NCBI GenBank assembly: GCA_038845975.1
Contig: JAWBQF010000015.1
Location: 1 to 64,000, forward strand
Length of the DNA stretch: 64,000 bases
Source of the DNA: Candidatus Methanomethylicia archaeon
GTDB lineage: Archaea > Thermoproteota > Methanomethylicia > CALHIW01
Direction of reading: 5' to 3'
Below are positions 20,453-30,551 of this stretch, in pieces; the stretch's first letter is position 1; each line of letters begins with the position of its first letter. The notes under the pieces were generated by a model. That model was given only the letters and a program-made list of their open reading frames with translations, did no database searches and had not been told where the DNA came from. Both the position numbers and the translations under genes were made by a program.

Positions 20453-21598
20453 TTACTCTCTAATTAAGATAATTAATGGAATAGTTGTACAGGCTATAAT
20501 TCCAGTAAATAGAAATGCTGAATTAAATCCGTAGAGATCCGTTAGTAATCCGAAGACGTATGGACCTATTGAGCTTCCTAGAAACCCCATAGCATTATAT
20601 AAGCCGAGAGCTGTACCAATAGTAGATGGAGAGGAAGTATCTGTAACGAAAACAGAGAGAACTGTTAATATAGCTCTAATCATAAAGCCTATAAGTATAA
20701 GACTGATGAAGAATAGCATAGGGGATTTAGCTAGTGGAAGAATACTAGATATAAATGCTATTACTAAAAGGCCGGTAATGGATACGTACTTCTTCCCAAT
20801 TTTATCAGCTAGAAGTCCTCCAAGAGGTCCAGCTGGAATTTCAAATAGTGGTAAAGCCATAAATATAATGTTTGCAAATAGGAGACTTAACTTAGCCTCT
20901 ACTGTAAGATAGGTTGGTATAAATGTGTTTAGACTAAAGTATGCAGCTAAAACTAGGAAATGTATTATTGTAAGGTTAGTTAAGGATTTACTCTTAAAAA
21001 CGCTCATATACGGAATTCTATAATTCCTAATATTTCCAATATGCTTTCTATTCTCCTTTACTAGTCTCCAGAAAAGAATAGTACCTATTAATCCAGGTAT
21101 GGTGAATGTGAGGAAGACTAAACGCCAGCTGTTCAGTTCAGCAATTAAGCCACCCAGAAAAACAGCAGTTACTGTACCAACACCAATACCTGAGGATGTT
21201 AAGCCTATAGGTTTACCCCTCTTGCCAGCTGGGAAAGCATCTGAAATTATGGATGTGCTTGCAGAGAAGTAGGTTCCAGCACCTAAACCAGTTAGGAAAC
21301 GGTAGAGAACCATATGAGTAAAATCACTACTTAAACCAATAAATATATTAGATAGAGAGGAAATAAGAAGACCGAGAACAATCATATATTTCCTCCCAAA
21401 TCTATCACTAAAAATACCTGCTGGAATCTGCATTATAGCATATGCTAAGAGGTAGCTGGACATTAGTAAGCCAGCTTCAGAATGAAGTATACTGAATTCA
21501 TTCTCAATAAGAGATAGAATAGGAGAAATGGAGAAACGATTAAGAAAAACTATAAACCATCCAAGCCAACATGCAGTTAATAATGAATATTTAAACAT
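20453..21598 (-). CDS. MFS transporter
   Basis: 12 TM pattern, GIFSDRFGRK motif A, second GLLADKIGKK. Confidence 0.92.
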   Translation of the reverse strand: MFKYSLLTACWLGWFIVFLNRFSISPILSLIENEFSILHSEAGLLMSSYLLAYAIMQIPAGIFSDRFGRKYMIVLGLLISSLSNIFIGLSSDFTHMVLYRFLTGLGAGTYFSASTSIISDAFPAGKRGKPIGLTSSGIGVGTVTAVFLGGLIAELNSWRLVFLTFTIPGLIGTILFWRLVKENRKHIGNIRNYRIPYMSVFKSKSLTNLTIIHFLVLAAYFSLNTFIPTYLTVEAKLSLLFANIIFMALPLFEIPAGPLGGLLADKIGKKYVSITGLLVIAFISSILPLAKSPMLFFISLILIGFMIRAILTVLSVFVTDTSSPSTIGTALGLYNAMGFLGSSIGPYVFGLLTDLYGFNSAFLFTGIIACTTIPLIILIRE

Positions 21599-21628
21599 TC
21601 AATTTACCTAAAACCATTCTAACACGAG

Positions 21629-23140
21629 TTAGTATTGTGCTGCTATATCCTTAACATCATTCCAGAACTCTATAGCTGCTTCAAAATCTATGGGTTCATG
21701 TCCTCCCTGTCTCTTAGCTTTTTCAAGATATCTGTATAGTAAGTCCTTAAATTTAGGATGTGAACATTTATCTATAATTGCTTTTGCCCTCTCTACTGGT
21801 GGTAGCCCTCTCAGATCAATCCATCCATTCTCAGTAACAATAACATCAACATCGTGTTCAGGTATATCAACATGGGAGATTATTGGAACTATTCTAGGTG
21901 TTTTAAGATCACCTGTTGTTGAGGGCATAGCTAAAATTGTTAGATATGCTGATCTCGTAAACTCTATAGATCCACCTACACCTCCATACATGTTACCTCT
22001 TATATGGGATACGTTAACATGACCATATACATCGATTTCTATAGCTTGCTGTATTGAAACAGTATTAAATCTAGATATAATCTCAGGATTATTCGTAACC
22101 TCGTAGGGCCTTAACACAACGCACTTCTTAACCTCCTCTATTTCCTCATACAGTTTACTTCTATATTCAGCTTCCCCGGGTAACGTATACAATACAGAGG
22201 ATGAAACTCCTTTAACAATACCGCTTAAAGCTAACGGTATCCATGTAGTTGATAAGGCCTCAGCCCAGATGTTTAAGCTAGTAGGTAATTCAGATATTTT
22301 CCTTGCAAGAGCACTTGACATAGGCCCAGCTCCAGGCTGGAAAACAGTATACTCATCCTTAAGGTTAGGATCCCTACTAAACTCATAATTAAGGAAATCC
22401 AGTATGTTTTCAGCTATACGTAGATCGGTTTGAGTAATACCACTATATAGTGGAGTAGCATCCTCAGACTTGCTTAAAACTATAGCTTCTATCTTCGACT
22501 CAGGACACTTAATAAATGGATGTCCAATTCTATCCAGTACTCTTGAAATAGGGATAGGCTGGCCTGTTGCTGGGAGATAAATGTCATGTAGTCCAGTTAA
22601 GTTAGGTCTTAAAAGATTTACCTCAACAATTAGTTTATTACAGGACTCTATAAATGCAGGCACTACATCAACAGATAGTGATGGAATAATATATCCCTCC
22701 CTAGTTATACCTGCTGCCTCAATAATAGCTACATCTATTCGACCTATAGATCTTAAATAAATCCCCTTCCTAACCCATCGTGAATGCTCATAAAGCCCCA
22801 TATCAAACAATCCAAATTTACGAGTATTTACAGCTTCACGTAGCTTCCTAGATGAGCCACCGAACGGAATCCTCATAACCATCGTTACCGAGGAGATCCA
22901 CTCATCAAACTCAGGAGTTGTACTACCAGCCTGAAAAACTACTAAGGAAAACTTTTCACCAGTCTTAGAGATATAGTCATGTAAAGCCTTAGGCACTTCC
23001 TTAGGTAAGGATGTTCCAGCCATTCCAGCAAAAGCTATAATTCCAGTTTTAGGAATATACTTCTCAACGACCTCATATGGATCCAGAATTCTAGATCTTA
23101 ATGATTCGCATTCCACTCTAGAATACATAAGATCGTGCAT
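21629..23140 (-). CDS. acetyl-CoA hydrolase / succinate CoA-transferase (family I)
   Basis: AIEIDVYGHVNVSH, GVGGS.EF.R, HVD.PEHDVDVIVTE.G.IDLRG, candidate catalytic Glu in WAEA. Confidence 0.88.
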   Translation of the reverse strand: MHDLMYSRVECESLRSRILDPYEVVEKYIPKTGIIAFAGMAGTSLPKEVPKALHDYISKTGEKFSLVVFQAGSTTPEFDEWISSVTMVMRIPFGGSSRKLREAVNTRKFGLFDMGLYEHSRWVRKGIYLRSIGRIDVAIIEAAGITREGYIIPSLSVDVVPAFIESCNKLIVEVNLLRPNLTGLHDIYLPATGQPIPISRVLDRIGHPFIKCPESKIEAIVLSKSEDATPLYSGITQTDLRIAENILDFLNYEFSRDPNLKDEYTVFQPGAGPMSSALARKISELPTSLNIWAEALSTTWIPLALSGIVKGVSSSVLYTLPGEAEYRSKLYEEIEEVKKCVVLRPYEVTNNPEIISRFNTVSIQQAIEIDVYGHVNVSHIRGNMYGGVGGSIEFTRSAYLTILAMPSTTGDLKTPRIVPIISHVDIPEHDVDVIVTENGWIDLRGLPPVERAKAIIDKCSHPKFKDLLYRYLEKAKRQGGHEPIDFEAAIEFWNDVKDIAAQY

Positions 23141-23422
23141 ATTTTACTATCATAGTTGAATATTTAAGTTTTGCTCAGCTTAAAATCCAGTAGCTTAGAA
23201 TTAAATGTTAGCTATAGCTTCCAGAGAGACTTGAAGTTAAGCCCTAACATTTATTTAGTGTAAAGTTATTAGCAATTATATTATGGTTATTAATAAACTT
23301 CTATAACTTCAAATATTAATGTCATTTAATTCGCTAATAACAGTAGGTACATCTAAATTTGGAGAGCTATAAAATATGTTTAGCTATTCTATAATGAATT
23401 CGATATGAAAAGAGGATTGGAT

Positions 23423-24274
23423 TTATTTCCTGGCAAGCATTAATATTTTCCTTGCTTTCTTCACTACAGCTTCATCGATCATTTTTCCCTCTAATGCTAC
23501 TGCTCCTAATCCCTTCCTAATAGCTTCTTCATATACATCTATAACTTTCCTAGCATACTCAACCTCGCTTTCAGATGGCGTGAAAACCTTATTTATAACA
23601 TCGATCTGGATAGGATGTATAGCGAATTTTCCAGTATACCCCATAGCCTTACTTATCCTCGCCTCCTTTTCTAAGCCTTCAACATCTTTGAAGTTTAAAT
23701 ATACTGTATCTAGTGCTTGAATACCTGCTGTTGCTGCAGCAAAGGATGTAATTATTTTCGGTATGAAGAGTATATCCTCTCTATCCTCACATCCAACATC
23801 AGCTGTAAAGTCAGCTCTTCCGAAACCTATGCTAATAACTCTATCGCTTGCCTTCACAATATCGTATATATTTCTTAAACCCTCAGAATCCTCTATAGCT
23901 ATTGATAGATATGTCTTCTTTAAGTTGTAATATCCTTCAAGAGATGTTAAAATCTTATCGATAGCTATTATGTCAATTGGACTTTTAACCTTAGGAATTA
24001 CTAGAAAGTCAGGAGAACCCTTAATAACTTCATATATATCTAGAACCCAATACTTCGTATCTAGACCGTTTATTCTTACCCCTCTATCCTTACCGCCCCA
24101 GTTTAGCTCTCTTAATGCTTTTAGAACCATACTTCTAGCTTCATCCTTCTGATCGATGGGTACTGAATCCTCCAAATCGAGGAGGATAGCATCAGGATTT
24201 AATGTACTTGCCTTCTCGATTCTGCTCCACTGATTTCCAGGAGTAAATAGTATACTTCTATAGAGTTTTACCAT
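23423..24274 (-). CDS. CitE-family CoA-ester lyase (citramalyl/malyl-CoA lyase-like)
   Basis: RSILFTPG, LDLEDSV, VRIN, IPKV, FGRADF, GKFAIHP.Q, GKMID. Confidence 0.92.
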   Translation of the reverse strand: MVKLYRSILFTPGNQWSRIEKASTLNPDAILLDLEDSVPIDQKDEARSMVLKALRELNWGGKDRGVRINGLDTKYWVLDIYEVIKGSPDFLVIPKVKSPIDIIAIDKILTSLEGYYNLKKTYLSIAIEDSEGLRNIYDIVKASDRVISIGFGRADFTADVGCEDREDILFIPKIITSFAAATAGIQALDTVYLNFKDVEGLEKEARISKAMGYTGKFAIHPIQIDVINKVFTPSESEVEYARKVIDVYEEAIRKGLGAVALEGKMIDEAVVKKARKILMLARK

Positions 24275-24281
24275 ATTCCCC

Positions 24282-24815
24282 CTACATTTTCTGTATCGGT
24301 ATCTTCCATCTTGGAAGATAATCTCTTCTATATACTAGAATTTCCCTTTCAGCCTCCATGACCAGCTGGCTGAAGTTGTTTTTATATGTACGATGCTTTA
24401 ATACAACTATTCCAACATCTTTTCTTTCAGGATGATCCTTAACGTCAATAACCTCCGTTTCAACATGTAATGTATCACCATCAAATACCGGAGCAAGCAT
24501 TCTTAGATTTCTTACCTCAACCTCACCAGCTATGTTTTTCAATTCCTCGGAAGCAATACCGCAGGTAATTCCGAAGGTCATGGTCATAACTAGAAGTGGC
24601 TGTTTAAATTCTGTAAGCTCCATGTACTCCTTATCAAAATGAAGTGGAGCCGTATTAAGGAGGAAGTGGGTGAAGAACAGATTATCCTGGTATGTTACTG
24701 TACGTCCATATCTATGTATTATCTTCTCCCCCTTAACAAAGTCCTCAAAGCATCTTCCAGGATATCCTGAAACAACGCTCATATCTTTCCGACCTTCTTT
24801 AAGTACTCCCTCCAT
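24282..24815 (-). CDS. MaoC-family (R)-specific hydratase
   Basis: GRCFEDF, GRTVT..DN..FT..LN..PLHFD, APVFDGDTL; real start probably ATG at 24782. Confidence 0.9.
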   Translation of the reverse strand: MEGVLKEGRKDMSVVSGYPGRCFEDFVKGEKIIHRYGRTVTYQDNLFFTHFLLNTAPLHFDKEYMELTEFKQPLLVMTMTFGITCGIASEELKNIAGEVEVRNLRMLAPVFDGDTLHVETEVIDVKDHPERKDVGIVVLKHRTYKNNFSQLVMEAEREILVYRRDYLPRWKIPIQKM

Positions 24816-25306
24816 GGAGAGTATCCCTTCTTATACATGAGGTTTGTCCTCTTAACCTCAGCTACAAGCTCTCCTCTTTGATTATATCCTCTATGAATCC
24901 ACGTTACTATTCCCGCTTCAGGTCTTGATTTAGATTCTCTCTTCATAACTACTTCAGCCTCAGTATATATCGTATCACCTGGATATACTGGCTTATAGAT
25001 TCTCTGATATTCAGCTCCAAGAAAGGCAACGGAGTTTTGGCTTGTATCCTTTACGCTCATAGCTACTATTGAGCTTAAAACTATTAATGGATGTATAATA
25101 ACTTTTCCGTATTCTGTATGTTTTGCGTACTCCTCATCTATGTATAGAGGTGTACAGTCACCCGTATAGGCTGTCCATATTAGGTTATCGTTTATTGTGA
25201 ACGTTCTTCCAGGCCATGACTTTATTTTCATACCGACCTCGAAATCCTCAAAGTATGGACCTTCAGCATCCCATGGGGGATACCATTTAGGTTTTTCTCC
25301 AGTCAT
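24779..25306 (-). CDS. MaoC-family (R)-specific hydratase
   Basis: YFEDFEVG, GRTFT..DN, PLYIDEEYA, PVYPGDTI, RESKSRP. Confidence 0.9.
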   Translation of the reverse strand: MTGEKPKWYPPWDAEGPYFEDFEVGMKIKSWPGRTFTINDNLIWTAYTGDCTPLYIDEEYAKHTEYGKVIIHPLIVLSSIVAMSVKDTSQNSVAFLGAEYQRIYKPVYPGDTIYTEAEVVMKRESKSRPEAGIVTWIHRGYNQRGELVAEVKRTNLMYKKGYSPWREYLKKVGKI

Positions 25307-25308
25307 AG

Positions 25309-26517
25309 CTATTCACCATATGATCTAGGCATACCGAGTACATTAATTGCTACATAGTTTAGAATCATATGTGGAGATATTTGTCCTGGACCTGCTCCAA
25401 GCTCAGCTCCTCTCCAAAGCCTCTCAATATCCATTTCACATGAATATCCATATCCTCCAAGCGTCCACATAGCTGCTCTACATGCCTGATATCCGGCTTC
25501 ACCAGCTAGATATTTAGCTATGTTTGCATAGTATCCTATCTCTCTTGGATTAGCGCCCTTCTCAAGAAGTTCAAGAGCCTTCCATTTAAGCCAGTCAGCA
25601 GCTTCAAGTCTCATCCATGCCTCAGCTAGTGGAAACTGTATACCCTGATATTTAGCTATTGGATCAGGTGGAAATACAACTCTCTGCTTAGCATACTCTA
25701 CAGCCTTCCTAATAGCATATCTACCTACAGCTACGCTTTGACCTGCAATCAATGTTCTTTCAGCATTGGCTTCCTCAAGAAGATGATAGAAGCCCCTCAT
25801 CTTATCTCCAAGTAAATTCTCAGCTGGAACAGGAAGATCCTCAATATACATGGTGCTTGTATCTATACATCTCCTAACATTATTTGGAATTTCCTCAAGC
25901 TTTATATGTTTACCCTTAGCCTCCCTAAGATCAATTAGGAAGAGGGCAATTCCAAGAGTTTTCTTCTCAACCTTATCATATGGAACAACTCTAGCAGCAA
26001 GCACTCCAAGATCCGAATGTCTAACACGCGATATAAATGTTTTCTGACCATTAATTATATAATAGTCCCCTTCTTGACGTGCAAAAGTACTAATTCTTGC
26101 AGTATTAAATCCTGCATGAGGTTCAGTAACAGCAAATACTTGAGCTCTCAGATTTCCCTTAGCGATTTCAGGTAAATACTTCTGCTTAACAGCTTCACCT
26201 CCATACTTTACAATTATATGATTATTAAAGAATGCAGCATGAACAGTATTCGAAGCAGTAATTCCTCCAGGGGAAGCAGCTATCTCCTCAAGAATTAGAT
26301 CACCCTCAACAAGCCCATAACCTGAGCCACCATATTCCTCAGGAATATTAGCCCCCATCAACTCATGCTTCTCCAAATCCTGAATAAACTCTAGAGGATA
26401 CTCTCTACGCTCATCCTTATCAATCCAGTAGCGAGAATCATACCTATCAACAATACTTCTCACAGTCTTCCTAATAACCTCAATTGCCTTTTTCCTCTCC
26501 TCAGAAATCCACCACAT
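25309..26517 (-). CDS. acyl-CoA dehydrogenase
   Basis: IPEEYGG, AVTEPHAG, INGQKTFIS, YAKQR.VF, QGIQFPLA, GGYGY. Confidence 0.93.
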   Translation of the reverse strand: MWWISEERKKAIEVIRKTVRSIVDRYDSRYWIDKDERREYPLEFIQDLEKHELMGANIPEEYGGSGYGLVEGDLILEEIAASPGGITASNTVHAAFFNNHIIVKYGGEAVKQKYLPEIAKGNLRAQVFAVTEPHAGFNTARISTFARQEGDYYIINGQKTFISRVRHSDLGVLAARVVPYDKVEKKTLGIALFLIDLREAKGKHIKLEEIPNNVRRCIDTSTMYIEDLPVPAENLLGDKMRGFYHLLEEANAERTLIAGQSVAVGRYAIRKAVEYAKQRVVFPPDPIAKYQGIQFPLAEAWMRLEAADWLKWKALELLEKGANPREIGYYANIAKYLAGEAGYQACRAAMWTLGGYGYSCEMDIERLWRGAELGAGPGQISPHMILNYVAINVLGMPRSYGE

Positions 26518-26571
26518 AATACCCCGAAAGTGTAATATTCTAGTCTATTTAAACCTTTCTATGCTTATATA

Positions 26572-27468
26572 GGTTCTGTCCGGATAAAAGTTGGGCTGGG
26601 TAATTAATATTATGGAGATTTCAGCCCAGTTAATAGATTGGGCTAGGAGCTAAATATCTTTAAGGAATGAAAAGCCAATTGAGCTGAAGGTGAAGGCTTT
26701 TTTGCTTTGGCTTATATTGAGCTCTTGTAGGAAAGCTTCTAAGCTTCTTGAGCTTTGGGGGGAATTTGCCAGCAAATCTAAACGAGTGGTGCTTGAAGTT
26801 CAGGGCCATTTTGGAAGCTAAAGAATGGGAGAAATCAAAGAAGCATGCAACCATAGCTATAGATGAGGCTTGCCTCAAGCTCAAGGGCGAGAAGTTTTGG
26901 GTTTATGCTTCCATAGACGTGGATACCAGGGAGCTTGTAGAGGTAAGGGCTTACCCTAATAGAAGTTCTTAGCAACTAGACTTTTCCTTCAAGAGTCTTA
27001 ATAAATGCCTAAAAAAGCAAGGATAATAAGGGATGGGGCGGGTTGGCTTAAGGAAGGGGTTGAGCAGCTAGGATTAGAGCAAGAGAATCAAAACATGGAG
27101 AAAGAAACTTGGTGGAAAGGCTCTTTGCCTACCTGAAGCATCGCACAAGTATATTCTTCCATAACATCAACGTTAACTTAAGGAATACCATTAGAAAGCT
27201 AAGAGAGAGCGAACAAAGCCTAGCTTTAAATCATCTAAACAGCTTCTAAGAGCTTTTAAGTTCTACTACGATTTTCTAGGCAAAGAAAGCAAGAGATGAC
27301 TTATTATCATATCATCATATTTAACATTAAAATTTTTTAAAAAAAAAGCAAGAGATGACTAAAATATTAAACTTTTTAAGATAAGAATAGCAACAATACT
27401 TTAGGAAGAGAAACAAAACAGGAAAAGATTAAACTTATTCTCAACCTATATCTTATCCGGACAGAACC
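26572..27468 (+). mobile_element. IS6-family element D with frameshifted transposase
   Basis: 16-bp TIR ggttctgtccggataa/ttatccggacagaacc; IAIDEACLKLKGEKFWVYASIDVDTREL DDE segment; no TSD. Confidence 0.9.
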
Positions 27469-27522
27469 TATGAGATATCCACTAAATTTATAAGGATGCT
27501 TGTGACTTGATATGGGGTAAAT

Positions 27523-28656
27523 ATGTATTCTAAAAGGGGAGCTTTAAAAACATCATATATAGCTATAGCAGTTATTGTAGTAATAATTATTGCCGCTCTC
27601 GCCATATACTTCACTACAGCACCAACTCCACCTCCAACAACTCCAACAACTCCACCTCCAACAACTCCAACAACTCCACCTCCAACAACTCCAACAACTC
27701 CTGCATTAACTGTGTGGAGGTGGGCTGTTCCTGATCCTGGGAGTATGGGGTATAGGATTACTACTTGGCCAACTTATGTTTTGATGCAAAAGATGCCTAA
27801 GTATACTCAGGTTATTCTTCCTTACTCTATTACATCAGCTGCTATAAAGGGGTTATGTAAGGGAGAGTCTGAGATTGTTTGGTGTGGATGTTTTGGGATG
27901 ATGCAGCTATATACATTTACAGGACCTTATGAAGGTTTTAAGCCTGAGGTTAAGAAGATGCCTGCTGCAGCTTGGTTTGCTACAACAACTGTTATTCACT
28001 TCTTAACAACACCTGAGAAGGCGAAGGAGATACGTTCATGGAAGGATCTTAATGGGAGAAATGTTTTCTTAGGTCCTTCAGGATATGTTACTCATCAAAC
28101 AATCAAATATGCATTGGAGAAGATGGGTATTAAGGTGAACCATATTGAGATGAGTACTGGAATGGCTGCTGAAGCTCTTAGGAAGGGGACTATTGATGTA
28201 TGCTATATGTATGGTTCCACTTCACTACCTACATGGGGTAAGGAGCTTGATATAGCGATAGATGTTGTAGTTATAAATCCAAGTGAGGAGGATATGAAGC
28301 TGATTGAGAAGGCCGGATTTGTAGTTGGAGTGTTGGATGCCAAGAAACTATATACGCAGGATGTTGGTGTAGATAAGATTTACGGTGTGAATGATCCTTG
28401 GGGTTATTGGGCTGGACTAGATATTCCTGAGGAGGATATTTACAATATGCTTAAAATACTTGAGGAAAATGTTAAGGATCTTAAGGATCCTGAATATGAT
28501 TATATTAGGGGGGTGGGATTTGCTGAGTGGCAGCAGGCAGGAGTAAAGGCTTCAATTGGTTATGGTGTTGGTATTAAGATTCATCCTGGGCTTGCTAAGT
28601 ATCTTAGGGAGAAGGGGTTATGGGATCCTGCATGGGATCAACACATAGCAAAATAA
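27523..28656 (+). CDS. TAXI-family TRAP substrate-binding protein
   Basis: N-terminal TM anchor, Pro/Thr linker, SWKDLNGRNVFLG, IHPGLAKYLRE; adjacent fused permease. Confidence 0.85.
   Translation: MYSKRGALKTSYIAIAVIVVIIIAALAIYFTTAPTPPPTTPTTPPPTTPTTPPPTTPTTPALTVWRWAVPDPGSMGYRITTWPTYVLMQKMPKYTQVILPYSITSAAIKGLCKGESEIVWCGCFGMMQLYTFTGPYEGFKPEVKKMPAAAWFATTTVIHFLTTPEKAKEIRSWKDLNGRNVFLGPSGYVTHQTIKYALEKMGIKVNHIEMSTGMAAEALRKGTIDVCYMYGSTSLPTWGKELDIAIDVVVINPSEEDMKLIEKAGFVVGVLDAKKLYTQDVGVDKIYGVNDPWGYWAGLDIPEEDIYNMLKILEENVKDLKDPEYDYIRGVGFAEWQQAGVKASIGYGVGIKIHPGLAKYLREKGLWDPAWDQHIAK
27625..27701 (+). repeat. 3.2 x 24-bp tandem repeat encoding TPPPTTPT linker
   Basis: Exact unit actccacctccaacaactccaaca at 27625, 27649, 27673. 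Confidence 0.95.
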
Positions 28657-30551
28657 ATAAAATAATCTCTATTTTTTTCTTTGCTGCATGTCTTACATAT
28701 TTAATGTTTTCAGTTCACTACTTCGCTACGGGCTTTGGTGGGGAGGAGCTTCTTGCTATTACTCTTGTTCCCATAGCATTCATCATATATGTACTTGATA
28801 GATTGAAACGTAATGCATTATATCCACGTTTAGGATTTAAAGCTAACCTAGTAATAGCGTCGATTCTTGTCTCTTTATGTATCTATATAAGCATATACAT
28901 GAGAACTGAATACATACCCATGCTTTATAGAGCGGGAGCATTTAACGTGATGGATAAAATACTTGCATTAATTATCTTCATATTGATGATGGAGTTTATG
29001 AGGAGGGAGCATTTAATCCTGTTCTTCCTTAATATAGCTTTAGTTATATACTGTGTTTACGGCTATGTTTTCCCTGGAATACTCTATGTTCCAGGTATTT
29101 CTTGGAGTAGAGTTGTGGAGTCGTCTACTCTCGAAATTAAGCTTGGAGTTTTTGGAACATATGCTCAACTAGGAGTTTCAATACTTGCTGCATTCCTACT
29201 CCTACAGGGTTTTGCTGCAGGGTTTGGTGTTCAGGATTCTATTGTTAGAACGATTGTATACACGTTTGGAAGGTATAGGAGGCTTGTTCCACAGTCAGCT
29301 GTTGTTAGTAGTATGGCTGTAGCTATGGTTAGTGGGAGTGGGAGTGCTAATGTTGCTATAACAGGTCAGTTTACAATTCCATTGATGAAGAGATATGGAT
29401 TTCACCCAAGATATGCTGGAGCTACAGAAGCATCGGCATCTCTAGGAGGATTAATAATGCCTCCAGTAATGGCTGCAGCAGCATTCCTAATGGCTGATTT
29501 TATAGGTGTAAGCTACTGGCAGGTTGTTGTTAGAGGGTTTGCCCCTGCAATAGTATACTACGTTACAATTGCTCTCTCAGTATATCTTGTAGCTATAAGA
29601 TATGTTGGAAAGTCTAATGGGGGAGGAGATGAATCCTTCACTCTACCGAAACCCAGTAGATCAGATGCAATTAATACCCTAATATTCTTTGCATGTATAG
29701 TTATTCTATGCTATTTAATGGGTGTTTTATGGATGGCTGCTGAGGCAGCTGCATTTAATACTGTAACAGTATTTTTAGTTTCAACGTTAATAATCCAAAT
29801 AATATTTACAAAGCCTAAACCATTAACAATAGCTAGCTGGTTTAGAAATTCTGTAGAGAGCTTCGGTAAGATAACTATGGAACTACTTCTCCTACTAGCA
29901 TCTCTCGGCATTCTAATAAATCTTTTCACAGTTAGTGGATGGATTATGAAGCTAGGCATGATGTTGATGACGATAGGTGGGGAGAATATATTGTATCTAA
30001 TAGCTATAGCTTTTGCTTTAGGAATATTTCTAGGTCTCGGCTTACCTCCATCAGCAACATATCTATTAGCAGCTGTAATAATAGCTCCAGTAATGGTTAG
30101 GCTTGGATTTAATCCATGGGTTGCTCACTTTTATGCATTCTTCCTAGGAATAATTTCAGAATATACACCTCCAACATCTCTTACAGCTGCAGTTGCATCT
30201 AGAATTTCAGGCGCAGGCTTTATGGAGACAATGTTTGAAACCCTACGCTTATCCCTACCTGTATTTCTATTAACATTTGCAATATTTAAGTGGTCTTATC
30301 TAGTAGTTGAGCCTGGATTAATGCAGCTTTACTCTCTTGGAGTTGTAGCTACTGGATGTATTGGATCAGCATGCTCCTTCTACGCTAAGTATAGTAAGAA
30401 TAGAGTTCTAGACATATTGTTAAGATCAGTATCAATGCTTCTAGCATTAATAATCCTATTTCATCCAGACCCTACATATACATCAATATCCATCCCAATA
30501 AGCATACCAATAATAGTATTAGGAATATATAGAACTAGGAAAATGTATTAG
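28620..30551 (+). CDS. TRAP transporter 4TM/12TM fused permease
   Basis: SGSGSANV..TG.FTIPLM, GGLIMPPVM, GLPPSATY, TPP motifs. Confidence 0.92.
   Translation: MGSCMGSTHSKINKIISIFFFAACLTYLMFSVHYFATGFGGEELLAITLVPIAFIIYVLDRLKRNALYPRLGFKANLVIASILVSLCIYISIYMRTEYIPMLYRAGAFNVMDKILALIIFILMMEFMRREHLILFFLNIALVIYCVYGYVFPGILYVPGISWSRVVESSTLEIKLGVFGTYAQLGVSILAAFLLLQGFAAGFGVQDSIVRTIVYTFGRYRRLVPQSAVVSSMAVAMVSGSGSANVAITGQFTIPLMKRYGFHPRYAGATEASASLGGLIMPPVMAAAAFLMADFIGVSYWQVVVRGFAPAIVYYVTIALSVYLVAIRYVGKSNGGGDESFTLPKPSRSDAINTLIFFACIVILCYLMGVLWMAAEAAAFNTVTVFLVSTLIIQIIFTKPKPLTIASWFRNSVESFGKITMELLLLLASLGILINLFTVSGWIMKLGMMLMTIGGENILYLIAIAFALGIFLGLGLPPSATYLLAAVIIAPVMVRLGFNPWVAHFYAFFLGIISEYTPPTSLTAAVASRISGAGFMETMFETLRLSLPVFLLTFAIFKWSYLVVEPGLMQLYSLGVVATGCIGSACSFYAKYSKNRVLDILLRSVSMLLALIILFHPDPTYTSISIPISIPIIVLGIYRTRKMY

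Noticed and set aside
23423-24274. True citrate lyase beta subunit
   Set aside because: No citD/citF/citC nearby; context fits a stand-alone CoA-ester lyase
27625-27701. CRISPR-like repeat
   Set aside because: Head-to-tail with no spacers; encodes a Pro/Thr linker
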